Below the pieces are notes generated by a model that was given only the letters and a program-made list of their open reading frames with translations, was not told where the DNA came from and did not search any database. 53,976 bases of DNA, from positions 1 through 53,976 of the IMG/VR virus record IMGVR_UViG_3300030333_005911. One strand, written 5' to 3'. The DNA is from a virus (lineage: Duplodnaviria > Caudoviricetes). Shown here piece after piece: positions 9,567-18,667 of this stretch. Made by a program: the position numbers and the translations under genes. Position 1 is the stretch's first letter; each line of letters starts with the position of its first letter.

Positions 9567-9965
9567 ATGTCTCATCAACATGAATATAAGGATGAAGATA
9601 CAGAAGCCACGATAACTTCTGATCTTTTGCCAGTGCCTTTAAACTGGAAAGTTCTAATAAAACCTAATCAAGCAAAAACAAAAACAGAAGGTGGTTTAAT
9701 TTTAACTGCACAATCTAAAGACAATGAAGATTATTTGATTGCTTCTGGAAAAGTTGCTGCAATGGGTGATTTAGCTTATCGTGATCGTGACACAGGTATT
9801 TCTTGGAAAACTAATGCTATTCCTAGAGTAGGAGACAGAGTTACATATGGAAAATATGCTGGTCAAAAAATAACAGTTAATGGTGTTAAGTTTTTATTGC
9901 TTAATGATGATGAAATCACATCTATTTTGCAAGAGGGAACTGATATCATGGCTTATGTAACGTAA
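9567..9965 (+). CDS. groES: GroES/Cpn10-like co-chaperonin
   Basis: PLNWKVLI, KTEGGLIL mobile loop, VGDRVTYGKYAG and LLNDDEI motifs of the Cpn10 family. Confidence 0.9.
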   Translation: MSHQHEYKDEDTEATITSDLLPVPLNWKVLIKPNQAKTKTEGGLILTAQSKDNEDYLIASGKVAAMGDLAYRDRDTGISWKTNAIPRVGDRVTYGKYAGQKITVNGVKFLLLNDDEITSILQEGTDIMAYVT

Positions 9966-9980
9966 ACTTGGAGTCGTACC

Positions 9981-10886
9981 ATGGAAAAAGAAGAAGTAGA
10001 AAAAGAAATAGAAGCTGAAATTAAAAAAGCTAAAGGTGAACCAGAAGATTTCCAAATAGAAATAACTGATGATCCTGTTGAAGAAGCGAAAGATGTCGCT
10101 GAAGAGAAAAAAGTTAAAGAAGATCAGAAACCTCAAGAAGATCCTGAGTATGGTCAAAAAGTGCAAAAAAGGATTGCTAAATTAGTTGAGCAAAGAAGAG
10201 CTGCAGAATTACAAGCTAAAGAAATGCAAGAGCAGAACAATCAACTTAATGCTAGATTGTCTCGTCTTGAACAAGGTTCAGAAAAAAGTGCAGCAGATCA
10301 ATTTAAAGCAAGATACAATCAAACTAGACTTGCACTTAAAAAAGCAGTTGAAGAAGGTGATACTGAAGCTCAAATTAATTTTCAAGAACAATTAGCTGAT
10401 ATGAGAGCAACAATAAGAATTGCTGAAATTCAAAGACAACAAAAAGCACAACAGAATACTTCTCCAACAGTAGGCAAAGCACAACAAACTGTTCAAAATC
10501 CTGCACCACCTAAAGCTATTGATTGGTGGCAGAAAAATAATTGGTTTAATTCACCAGGATTTGAACGAGAAACTGCTGCTGCAAGAGCAATAGATGTTCA
10601 ACTTGATGTAGAGGGATATGATAAAAATTCAGACGAATATTACGAAAATTTAAATTCTCGTTTACTTTCTGTCTTTCCCGAGTTAAACTCATCTGCAAGT
10701 CCGAGTAAACCGAAGGTGAAAAGTAGACCACCTGTCGCTCCAACTACTGGCGCACCTCAAAAATACAAGGGCAATAGAGTGCGTATGTCTCAAGATCAAT
10801 TGAGAATGGCTAGAGAACTTGGAATAACAGATGAAAGTAGTCTTAAAAAATATGAAGCTGAAATCAGAAAACAAGAGAGGAACTAG
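9981..10886 (+). CDS. Putative head scaffolding protein
   Basis: Acidic N-terminus, long coiled coil, C-terminal ARELGI motif; upstream of capsid genes. Confidence 0.7.
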   Translation: MEKEEVEKEIEAEIKKAKGEPEDFQIEITDDPVEEAKDVAEEKKVKEDQKPQEDPEYGQKVQKRIAKLVEQRRAAELQAKEMQEQNNQLNARLSRLEQGSEKSAADQFKARYNQTRLALKKAVEEGDTEAQINFQEQLADMRATIRIAEIQRQQKAQQNTSPTVGKAQQTVQNPAPPKAIDWWQKNNWFNSPGFERETAAARAIDVQLDVEGYDKNSDEYYENLNSRLLSVFPELNSSASPSKPKVKSRPPVAPTTGAPQKYKGNRVRMSQDQLRMARELGITDESSLKKYEAEIRKQERN

Positions 10887-10888
10887 TT

Positions 10889-11368
10889 ATGGTTGAGAAA
10901 AGAAATGTGCGTGCAAACGAAATAAGAGATTCTATAAGACAGCAAAAGCCTGCTGTTTCATGGAAACCTCCGTCATTGTTGGATGCTCCAGAATGTCGTC
11001 CAGGATATGTTCAACGATGGATAACTACCTCGATTCAGGGTAAAGAAACTCCAGATAATGTATACAAACGTATGCGTGAAGGCTGGAATCCACGCTCTGC
11101 TGACTCAGTGAAAGATAAGCGATACCCAACTATCAATCACGGTGAGTGGAAAGGCTGTATAGGAATTGAAGGAATGTTGCTTTGCGAAATGCCAGAAGAA
11201 ACCCATAGGTCTATGAAGGCATATTACAATCAAAGAAACTCAGAGCAAAATGAAGCAGTTGCTACAGACCTTGATGCGTTAGGACGAAAAACAGGACAAC
11301 CTATTTATCAAACTAGGGAGTCTACTTCGAGTCGTGGTAGAGATTTATCTATCATGGATGATAAATGA
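10889..11368 (+). CDS. Conserved head-module hypothetical protein
   Basis: WKPPSLLDAP...REGW..GMLLC pattern; between scaffold and capsid genes. Confidence 0.7.
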   Translation: MVEKRNVRANEIRDSIRQQKPAVSWKPPSLLDAPECRPGYVQRWITTSIQGKETPDNVYKRMREGWNPRSADSVKDKRYPTINHGEWKGCIGIEGMLLCEMPEETHRSMKAYYNQRNSEQNEAVATDLDALGRKTGQPIYQTRESTSSRGRDLSIMDDK

Positions 11369-11392
11369 AACTTAATTTTGTAGGAGCAAAAA

Positions 11393-11944
11393 ATGGCTAA
11401 TGTAAATGCAGCCTTTGGGCTGGTCCCAATCCGCCATATGAGTGGTAATGCTCCTCGTGCAAATAAATACACAATTACAAGTGGTTTGGCAGAGAACATC
11501 TTTACAGGTGATCTTTGCATTCTTACAGCAGATGGTGTAATTACACCTCATACTGCTACAGAAACAAACAACATTGGTGTATTTGCAGGAGTGAGTTATA
11601 CTGCATCAGATGGTTCTTATGTCTATAGCGAGTATTGGCCAAGTGGCACAACAGCTACAGAGATAATCGCTTATGTTTATGATGATCCTTATATCGTCTA
11701 TAAAATACAATCAGCTGGTACTCCAACTCAAGCAAGCATTGGCGAGTGTGCTGATGTTGTTGCAGGAGCAGGATCTACAACAACTGGTCGTTCAGGTTTT
11801 AGTTTAAATGGTACTATGAGTAATGGTACAGCTACATGTAAAATATTAGCTTTACATGATACACCTGATAATTCAATGGCGCAGTATGCTGTCTTAGAGG
11901 TGCTTATTAATGAGCATCTTCTAAAAGCAACTGCTGGTATATAG
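11393..11944 (+). CDS. Putative capsid decoration/auxiliary protein
   Basis: MANVNAAFGLVP start, T/A/G-rich beta composition, directly upstream of MCP. Confidence 0.65.
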   Translation: MANVNAAFGLVPIRHMSGNAPRANKYTITSGLAENIFTGDLCILTADGVITPHTATETNNIGVFAGVSYTASDGSYVYSEYWPSGTTATEIIAYVYDDPYIVYKIQSAGTPTQASIGECADVVAGAGSTTTGRSGFSLNGTMSNGTATCKILALHDTPDNSMAQYAVLEVLINEHLLKATAGI

Positions 11945-11957
11945 GAGGGCATGAATA

Positions 11958-12869
11958 ATGGCAATGAATAGAGCACAATTTGCTAAAATGCTCGAACCAG
12001 GATTGAATACTCTTTTCGGTCTTGAGTATGATAGCTATCCTCCTGAATACACAGCAGTATTTTCTTCAAATACTTCAAGTAAAGCTTTTGAAGAAGATGT
12101 GTTATTGGAAGGCTTCGGAAATGCACCAACAAAAGCTGAAGGTGCAGCAATATCTTATGATAGTGCGAGTCAACAATGGACTGCACGCTATCAGCATGAA
12201 ACTATCGCTTTAGCGTTCTCAATTACTGAGGAAGCAGAAGAAGATGGTCAGTATGGGTCAATTGCTTCAAGATATACTAAAGCACTTGCACGCTCAATGG
12301 CTGCGACCAAAGAGCTAAAAGCTGCAGATATTTTGAATAATGCGACAACTGCTGGTACTTATGCTGGTGGTGATGGAGTTGCTTTGTTAAGCACATCACA
12401 CCCAACAAGAAGTGGAAATCAAAGTAATACTTTGGCAACAGCTGCAGATCTTTCTGAAACTTCATTAGAGTCTATGCTAATACAAATAGCAGACATGAAG
12501 GATGATAGAGGTCTAAGAGTTGCTGCACAAGGTACAACTCTTGTTATTCCAACTGCATATACCTTTACAGCTGAGAGACTTTTAGAATCTCAGTTAAGGA
12601 CTGGAACAGCAGACAATGATATCAATGCTATCCGATCAGGTGGTTATTTACCTAAAGGATATCATGTAATGCGTCGTCTATCTGATTCAGATGCATTTTT
12701 CATTTTGACTGATGTTCCTGATGGAATGAAAATGTTCCAAAGGACTCCTATGAAAAAAGGTATGGAAGGTGACTTTGAAACAGGAAATGTTCGTTATAAA
12801 GTAAGAGAAAGATATTCTTTCGGTTTTACTGATTGGCGTGGCATATTCGGTTCTGAAGGAGCTGCATAA
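11958..12869 (+). CDS. Major capsid protein (HK97 fold, Mu gpT-like)
   Basis: 303 aa; LEPGLN, YQHETIALAF, C-terminal RERYSFGFTDWRG; followed by a strong terminator. Confidence 0.88.
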   Translation: MAMNRAQFAKMLEPGLNTLFGLEYDSYPPEYTAVFSSNTSSKAFEEDVLLEGFGNAPTKAEGAAISYDSASQQWTARYQHETIALAFSITEEAEEDGQYGSIASRYTKALARSMAATKELKAADILNNATTAGTYAGGDGVALLSTSHPTRSGNQSNTLATAADLSETSLESMLIQIADMKDDRGLRVAAQGTTLVIPTAYTFTAERLLESQLRTGTADNDINAIRSGGYLPKGYHVMRRLSDSDAFFILTDVPDGMKMFQRTPMKKGMEGDFETGNVRYKVRERYSFGFTDWRGIFGSEGAA

Positions 12870-12876
12870 AAACTAG

Positions 12877-12901
12877 AGGGAGAGTGAAAGCTCTCCCTTT
12901 T
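12877..12901 (+). terminator. Rho-independent terminator after MCP
   Basis: AGGGAGAGT-GAAA-GCTCTCCCT followed by T-run. Confidence 0.85.
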
Positions 12902-12903
12902 AA

Positions 12904-12944
12904 TCTTACTGACAGCGAAAGCTGACATTTGCCAAGACAGGAGA
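12904..12944 (+). promoter_or_regulatory. Candidate structured mRNA leader
   Basis: CAGC-GAAA-GCTG hairpin enclosed by TCTTACTG / CAGGAGA pairing that covers the RBS. Confidence 0.4.
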
Positions 12945-12950
12945 TATAAA

Positions 12951-13418
12951 ATGGCTAAATCGACTTTTTCTGGTCCAGTTGTATCAAACAATGGGTTCAT
13001 ACAAGCTGGGTCAAATAATATTGTAGAAATTACAGCAGACACAACATTAACATTTAATGATCATGCAGGTCGCATTATTGAAGTTAATGATGCAGATGGT
13101 GTTATTACACTACCATCAATTAAATCAGGTGAATTAGGTGCTAAATATACTTTTTTCATTGGAACTGCTATAACAGGAAAAATCAAAACAGATGGAACTG
13201 ATAAATATGTTGGTTCAATAATGGTAGGTGTTGATGATGGTTCGAAAAAAGCATTTGTTCCAGGAGCAACAAACGATGTTATCGATATGAATGATGGCAC
13301 TAAAGGTGGTAAAGTTGGTTCTTTTATAGAGATAACTGCATTAGCAACTGCGGAATATATGGTACAAGGTCTTTTGATAGGCTCTGGTTCAGTAGCAACA
13401 CCATTCGCAGATAGTTAA
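12951..13418 (+). CDS. Virion structural protein
   Basis: N-terminal STFSGPV motif; position after MCP. Confidence 0.6.
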   Translation: MAKSTFSGPVVSNNGFIQAGSNNIVEITADTTLTFNDHAGRIIEVNDADGVITLPSIKSGELGAKYTFFIGTAITGKIKTDGTDKYVGSIMVGVDDGSKKAFVPGATNDVIDMNDGTKGGKVGSFIEITALATAEYMVQGLLIGSGSVATPFADS

Positions 13419-13430
13419 TAGGAGAAACTA

Positions 13431-13844
13431 ATGGCTGATATTACATCTTCAACAAAGATATCAGAAAGCACTAATGAAGTTGTTTATGCTTTCCAATATC
13501 AATATGTTGATACAGGAAATGAAAGTGCAGTTTCTAAAATAGATGTTTCTGCACTTGCTGCAAATGCAGATGGTAATGCTTGCACAGGCATTAGAATTGT
13601 AGAGTGTTGGTGGGTAATATCAGCTATGACAGTTGAAATATTAGCTGCAGCAGATACTGATGTTATTATTATGCATTTAACTGAAGGACAATCTGGTTAT
13701 CAAGATTTTTCTAAATTTGGTGGATTACCTAATAGCAAGTCTTTTGGCACTAATGGAACTGGTGATATTAAATTTACAACCACTGGTGCAGGTGCAACAG
13801 GAGATGCATATCAAATTGTAATTAGAGGGATTAAACAGTACTAA
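13431..13844 (+). CDS. Virion structural protein
   Basis: 137 aa beta-rich, AGGAG RBS, structural operon. Confidence 0.6.
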   Translation: MADITSSTKISESTNEVVYAFQYQYVDTGNESAVSKIDVSALAANADGNACTGIRIVECWWVISAMTVEILAAADTDVIIMHLTEGQSGYQDFSKFGGLPNSKSFGTNGTGDIKFTTTGAGATGDAYQIVIRGIKQY

Positions 13845-14509
13845 TGGCAACTTCTGGAACAGTAGCATTTAGACCGAATATTGAAGAAATAATATCAGAG
13901 TCTTTTGAACGATGTGGCATTGATACTCAAACTAGGACTGGGTATTTTGCAAAATCTGCAAGAAGGAGTTTAAATCTACTGTTTTCAGAATGGGCAAATA
14001 GAGGAATCAATTATTGGGCAGTTAGCAACAACACACTATCTTTAACAAGTGGAACATCTAATTATGCATTACCTCCAGGAACAATAGATATTATAGATGC
14101 TGTAATTAGAGAAAATGATACAGATCAAATGATTAATAGAGTTTCCATAGCAGAATATAATCAAATTCCTAATAAAACGGAAACAGGAAAACCAAATCAA
14201 TATATGATCGATAGGCAATACACTCCGCAAATTTATTTTTGGCAAGTTCCAGACGCTTCATACAGCATGGTTTATTGGGCAGTAAATCAACTTGATGATG
14301 TGACTTTATCTAATCAAGATGCAGATGTTCCTTATCGTTGGACAGATTGTATTTGTGCAGGATTGGCTGCGAAATTATCTTTAAAATATGCTTCTGATAG
14401 ATATCAACTTTTAAATGACGTTTATGAAAAATCTTTTAGTTTTGCTTCTTCAGCAGATAATGATGGTGTTAATTTGAGGGTTCAACCGACAGCGTTGAAT
14501 TTAATTTAA
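13844..14509 (+). CDS. Head-tail adaptor protein
   Basis: ARRSLNLLFSEWANRGIN and GKPNQY motifs typical of podovirus adaptor proteins. Confidence 0.7.
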   Translation: MATSGTVAFRPNIEEIISESFERCGIDTQTRTGYFAKSARRSLNLLFSEWANRGINYWAVSNNTLSLTSGTSNYALPPGTIDIIDAVIRENDTDQMINRVSIAEYNQIPNKTETGKPNQYMIDRQYTPQIYFWQVPDASYSMVYWAVNQLDDVTLSNQDADVPYRWTDCICAGLAAKLSLKYASDRYQLLNDVYEKSFSFASSADNDGVNLRVQPTALNLI

Positions 14510-15183
14510 TGGCTAGAAATGCAAAAGGTAAAAAATCTTATGCAATAAGCGATAGAAGTGGTTTTAAAGTTAGATACACTCAACTTAAAACTACATGGGA
14601 TAATTTACGTGTCGAGCCTGAAGAGTTCGAACCAAAGCATCCACAATTAACTCCTGCTAAAAATATAATAGATGCAACTAGTTTATTTAATCCAAGACCA
14701 GATAACGATCCTGAAAATTCAACTATTTTCATAAAATATAATTATGATTGGTCTGTAGATCCAAAGACTATAAATAAATCTCCAAGCTGTATAGGTGGTG
14801 TAGGAAAAGCTTACATAATAAAATTTGAGGGAAATGGTGGTACAGGTGGCGTAGGAAATTCAACTTTATTTCTTACTGAAAATGCTACAAGCACTGGTGG
14901 CACAGGTGCTGTAGGAAATGCAACTCCATTTCCTGCTCCAAGTGGTGTATCTGGTACAGGTGGTTTAGGTTCAATTGGAATTTCTATGACTAAAACTGGT
15001 CAGACAAGTTCTGGTGGTACAGGAGCTGTAGGAAATCATGGACAATCGAATGATGAAGAGATACATTTAAGTATTAATGAAACTGGATTAGGTGGCACTG
15101 GTGGTGTAGGTTCAGGTTATGAAGTGCAAACTGATTTCGGTTGGGGTCATGCAGGTTGGGATACAGGAAGTTGGGGTAAATAA
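14509..15183 (+). CDS. Virion protein with GGTGxVG repeats
   Basis: AISDRSGF N-terminus; about five GGTG(G/A)(V/L)G repeats; C-terminal WGxxGWxxGSWG. Confidence 0.6.
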   Translation: MARNAKGKKSYAISDRSGFKVRYTQLKTTWDNLRVEPEEFEPKHPQLTPAKNIIDATSLFNPRPDNDPENSTIFIKYNYDWSVDPKTINKSPSCIGGVGKAYIIKFEGNGGTGGVGNSTLFLTENATSTGGTGAVGNATPFPAPSGVSGTGGLGSIGISMTKTGQTSSGGTGAVGNHGQSNDEEIHLSINETGLGGTGGVGSGYEVQTDFGWGHAGWDTGSWGK

Positions 15184-15809
15184 TGAATTACACTTCTTTA
15201 AAGAATCAATTACAAAATTTTTTAGAAAATGATAGTGCTGAATTTGTTGCATCTATTGATGACATTATAATACAAGCTCAACATTTAATTTTTCAAAGGT
15301 TGCCAAATTTACCTTGTTTTCGGTTTAAAGCAACTGGCACTACAGTAGTAGGAACTTCAGATTATTTAATTGCAGATGCTAGATTAATTCGTAATGTTTT
15401 TTATATAAATAACAGCTCCGAAACTGTATATTTAAACCATAGAGTAGATTCTTATTTACGAGATTATTGGCCAAATAGCAGTTTAACTGGTGAACCAATT
15501 ATGTATTCCACTATAGAAGCAGGAACAGGTGGAACAGGAATTACGTTAGCACCAACTCCTAATTCTACTTATAATTATGGAGTTGACTATATTAGACCAT
15601 TAGCAGATCTTAATAGTAGCAATACAACTAATTGGTTAACTAATAATGCAAAAAATTTATTGTTGTCTGCTGCTCTTTATGAAAGTTCTGCTTTCCTTAA
15701 GGATGAAAATACGTTAAAAGTATACAAAGGACAATTTGACGAGTCTGTACAATTAGCAGCACAAGAAATGAACAGAGATTATGCATCAGAATATGACGGA
15801 GGTATCTAA
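15183..15809 (+). CDS. Second adaptor-like virion protein
   Basis: MNYTSL start, GEPIMY, LAPTP, NWL...LLLSAAL pattern of phage adaptor proteins. Confidence 0.65.
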   Translation: MNYTSLKNQLQNFLENDSAEFVASIDDIIIQAQHLIFQRLPNLPCFRFKATGTTVVGTSDYLIADARLIRNVFYINNSSETVYLNHRVDSYLRDYWPNSSLTGEPIMYSTIEAGTGGTGITLAPTPNSTYNYGVDYIRPLADLNSSNTTNWLTNNAKNLLLSAALYESSAFLKDENTLKVYKGQFDESVQLAAQEMNRDYASEYDGGI

Positions 15810-16256
15810 ATGGCTATAACTCAAGCAATGTGTACATTATTTAAAAAAGATTTGTTACTAGGTGATCATCATCTAGATACAGATGATATCTATATTGCAC
15901 TATATACTAGTTCTGCATCTTTAGATGCTACAACAGATGGTTACACTACATCTAATGAAATAACTAATACTTCTGGTACTGCATATACAGCAGGTGGTAA
16001 AGCTTTATCTAGTAAAGCAGTAACAGAAAATAGCACAAGTGGTATATTCGATGCAGCTGATCCAGAGTGGACTGATGCAACTTTTACAGCTAGAGGTGCA
16101 TTGATTTATAATAAAACTTTAGGAGATGCTTCATCAAACTCTAGAGGTGCAATAGCAGTTTTAAATTTTGGTGGAGATTTCACAGTTTCAGGTGGTACTT
16201 TTAAAATAGTTTTTCCTGCTGCGACTGCTAATAATGCAATAGTTAGGATAGATTAA
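15810..16256 (+). CDS. Conserved tail-associated structural protein
   Basis: MAITQAMC..FK, ALYTSSA, YTAGG, ARGALIYN motifs. Confidence 0.7.
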   Translation: MAITQAMCTLFKKDLLLGDHHLDTDDIYIALYTSSASLDATTDGYTTSNEITNTSGTAYTAGGKALSSKAVTENSTSGIFDAADPEWTDATFTARGALIYNKTLGDASSNSRGAIAVLNFGGDFTVSGGTFKIVFPAATANNAIVRID

Positions 16257-16744
16257 TGGCTACATATGTAAATAATTTAAGATTAAAAGAAATTGCGACT
16301 GGAGATGAATCTGGTACTTGGGGTACATCTACAAATACCAATCTTGAATTAATTGGTCAGGCAGTTGGTTTTGGAACAGAAGCCATAACAACAAATGCAG
16401 ATACTCACACTAGCACAGTTGCAGATGGTTCAGCAGATGAAGCTAGAGCTATGTATATTAAATATACTGGTGCATTAGATTCAGATTGTACAATTACAAT
16501 TGGACCGAACACTAATAAAAGAGTTCATATAATCGAAAATGCTACTACGGATTCTGGTTCATCTGGACCTTACAATATAATTATAAGTCAAGGAAGTGGT
16601 GGTAATGTTACAATACCAAATGGTGTTAAAAAACTTCTTTATTTAGATGGAGCAGGCTCTGGTGCAGCTGTATTAGATACAGGTATTTCATCAGCTGCAG
16701 CTTCAACTGGAAAAGCAATCGCAATGGCAATGGTATTTGGATAA
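16256..16744 (+). CDS. Tail/appendage anchor-like structural protein
   Basis: GDESGTWG..TNTNL N-terminus; C-terminal GKAIAMAMVFG. Confidence 0.6.
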   Translation: MATYVNNLRLKEIATGDESGTWGTSTNTNLELIGQAVGFGTEAITTNADTHTSTVADGSADEARAMYIKYTGALDSDCTITIGPNTNKRVHIIENATTDSGSSGPYNIIISQGSGGNVTIPNGVKKLLYLDGAGSGAAVLDTGISSAAASTGKAIAMAMVFG

Positions 16745-16758
16745 TAAGGAGATAAAAA

Positions 16759-17133
16759 ATGGCAGCACCAAATATAGTAAATGTTGCAACAATTACAGCA
16801 AAAACAGATACACTTAAACTGACAGGTACAAGTGCAGTTGCATTGTTGAGTAATGCAGCTTCATCTGGCAAAGTACTAAAAGTAAATTCTCTTGTGGTAG
16901 CGAATATAGACGGAACAAGTGCAGCTACAATTACTGTAGGTATATATCCTCAAGATGATATTGGTGGTACTCCAGTTTTATTAGCTTCTACAATTTCAGT
17001 ACCTGCTGATGCTTCTTTAGTTGTAATAGATAAAAATATGGGTTTATATTTAGAGGAAGATACTTCTATCGGAGTTACAGCAAGTGCAGCTGATGATCTA
17101 GCTTGTACAATAACATATGAGGAATTAAGCTAG
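16759..17133 (+). CDS. Small beta-rich virion structural protein
   Basis: MAAPNIVNV start, VANIDG, ISVPADASL, YLEE; apparently paralogous to 28235-28558. Confidence 0.65.
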   Translation: MAAPNIVNVATITAKTDTLKLTGTSAVALLSNAASSGKVLKVNSLVVANIDGTSAATITVGIYPQDDIGGTPVLLASTISVPADASLVVIDKNMGLYLEEDTSIGVTASAADDLACTITYEELS

Positions 17134-17143
17134 AGGATTTTAA

Positions 17144-18667
17144 ATGGGTACTCGTAATAAAGGTGGATTAGTCGGTGGATTCGACCAATTAAGAGCACCT
17201 GATGCACCTACAATAACTTCTACTTCAGCAGGGGATGCAAGTTTAGAAATTGCTTTTACAGCACCAAGTGATGTTGGTGGTGGAACAATTACAGGTTATA
17301 TTGCTTTTGCAACAAATGTACCACAAGAACCAGTTTTATACACAGTTACAGTTCAAGATGTTAGTGGTAACAAATATTTTATAGATTCATCTCAACAAGC
17401 AACTTTAACTTTAGTTAAAGGTCATACTTATACATTTGATTGGTCAGCTGCTACCTCTCATCCTTTAAGACTTTCTACCACTTCTGATGGTACACATAAT
17501 AGTGGTAGTGAATATACAACTGGTGTTGTCAAAGATGATAGTGCTTACACTACAAAAATTACTGTAGATGCAGGAGCACCTTCTACTTTATATTATTATT
17601 GTCAAAATCATTCTGGCATGGGTGGAAGTGCAAATGTTCAAGCTTATGTACATTCTTCTGCAACTGGCACTTCTAGTCCTATAACTGTTGGATCTTTATC
17701 TAATGATATTAGTGCAACTAGTTATTTAGCTGCACAGAATGTATTTGGTGTTAGTCCAAATGCTGTAGGATCTTCTGGCACACCTACAGGTTCATTAGCT
17801 ATGTTTTTTGGTGGTTATAGTACAGCTAGTTCTGCAAATGTAAATCATATTCAACAATTAGATATGACTTCTTCAAGTAACGCTACAGATTTTGGAGATA
17901 TAGCATCAGCTAGAAGCTATAAATCTGCTGTTGGCACACCTACTAGATGTGTTGCAGGTGGTTTTGATAGCACTTCTGGGGAAGTGCAATTAGAATATGT
18001 AAATCCAGCTTCAGCAGGTAATTCTCAAGATTTTGGATTGTTATCTCTAGCTAATAACAATGCAGGTGCATTTGGTAACTCAACTTATGGAGTTTTTGCT
18101 CCAAATAACAATGGAGCAAAACGTGATTTTATGCGTATAACTATTGCATCTGGAGGAAATTCTAGTGATGTAGGTGATTTAAATTTAGAAATATATAATT
18201 TTGGTGGTGGTATTAGTAATGGTACAATTGGTTTAGTTTTTGGTGGGTATGATAGTCAAGCAGGTGGTGTTACAAATGCAATCTCACAAAAAAATATAAC
18301 TTCAAGTGGTATATCCACTGATTTTGGTAATTTGACACAAGCTAGACAAATGTTACAAGGTTCTTCTAATTCAACTAGAGGTGTTATGGGTGGTGGTGGT
18401 TCTACGGATATTATTGATTATGTCACCATAGCTAGTGCAGGAAACGCCACCGATTTTGGAAATTTGACTGCTGTTAGAGAAAGAGTTGCTAGTGCAGCAA
18501 GCTCTACTAAAGCTGTTTTTGCAGGTGGACAAGAATCTTCTGCATCTGTAGATAAAATAGATGTTATAACTATAGCAACAACTTCAAATGCCACCGATTA
18601 TGGTGATTTAATAGCTGCATTGGATGGTGTTGCAGGAACTGGTACTAGACATGGGGGTATTTCATAA
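17144..18667 (+). CDS. Appendage protein: FN3-like + cupredoxin-like + DFGxL repeats
   Basis: APDAPT...FTAPSDVGG..ITGY (FN3-like), HPLRL...YYYCQNHSGMG, then ~43-aa ATDFG(N/D)L repeats. Confidence 0.65.
   Translation: MGTRNKGGLVGGFDQLRAPDAPTITSTSAGDASLEIAFTAPSDVGGGTITGYIAFATNVPQEPVLYTVTVQDVSGNKYFIDSSQQATLTLVKGHTYTFDWSAATSHPLRLSTTSDGTHNSGSEYTTGVVKDDSAYTTKITVDAGAPSTLYYYCQNHSGMGGSANVQAYVHSSATGTSSPITVGSLSNDISATSYLAAQNVFGVSPNAVGSSGTPTGSLAMFFGGYSTASSANVNHIQQLDMTSSSNATDFGDIASARSYKSAVGTPTRCVAGGFDSTSGEVQLEYVNPASAGNSQDFGLLSLANNNAGAFGNSTYGVFAPNNNGAKRDFMRITIASGGNSSDVGDLNLEIYNFGGGISNGTIGLVFGGYDSQAGGVTNAISQKNITSSGISTDFGNLTQARQMLQGSSNSTRGVMGGGGSTDIIDYVTIASAGNATDFGNLTAVRERVASAASSTKAVFAGGQESSASVDKIDVITIATTSNATDYGDLIAALDGVAGTGTRHGGIS

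Noticed and set aside
12909-12940. Hammerhead ribozyme (CTGA...GAAA)
   Set aside because: The core reads CUGACAG instead of CUGAnGA and the required three stems are not evident.
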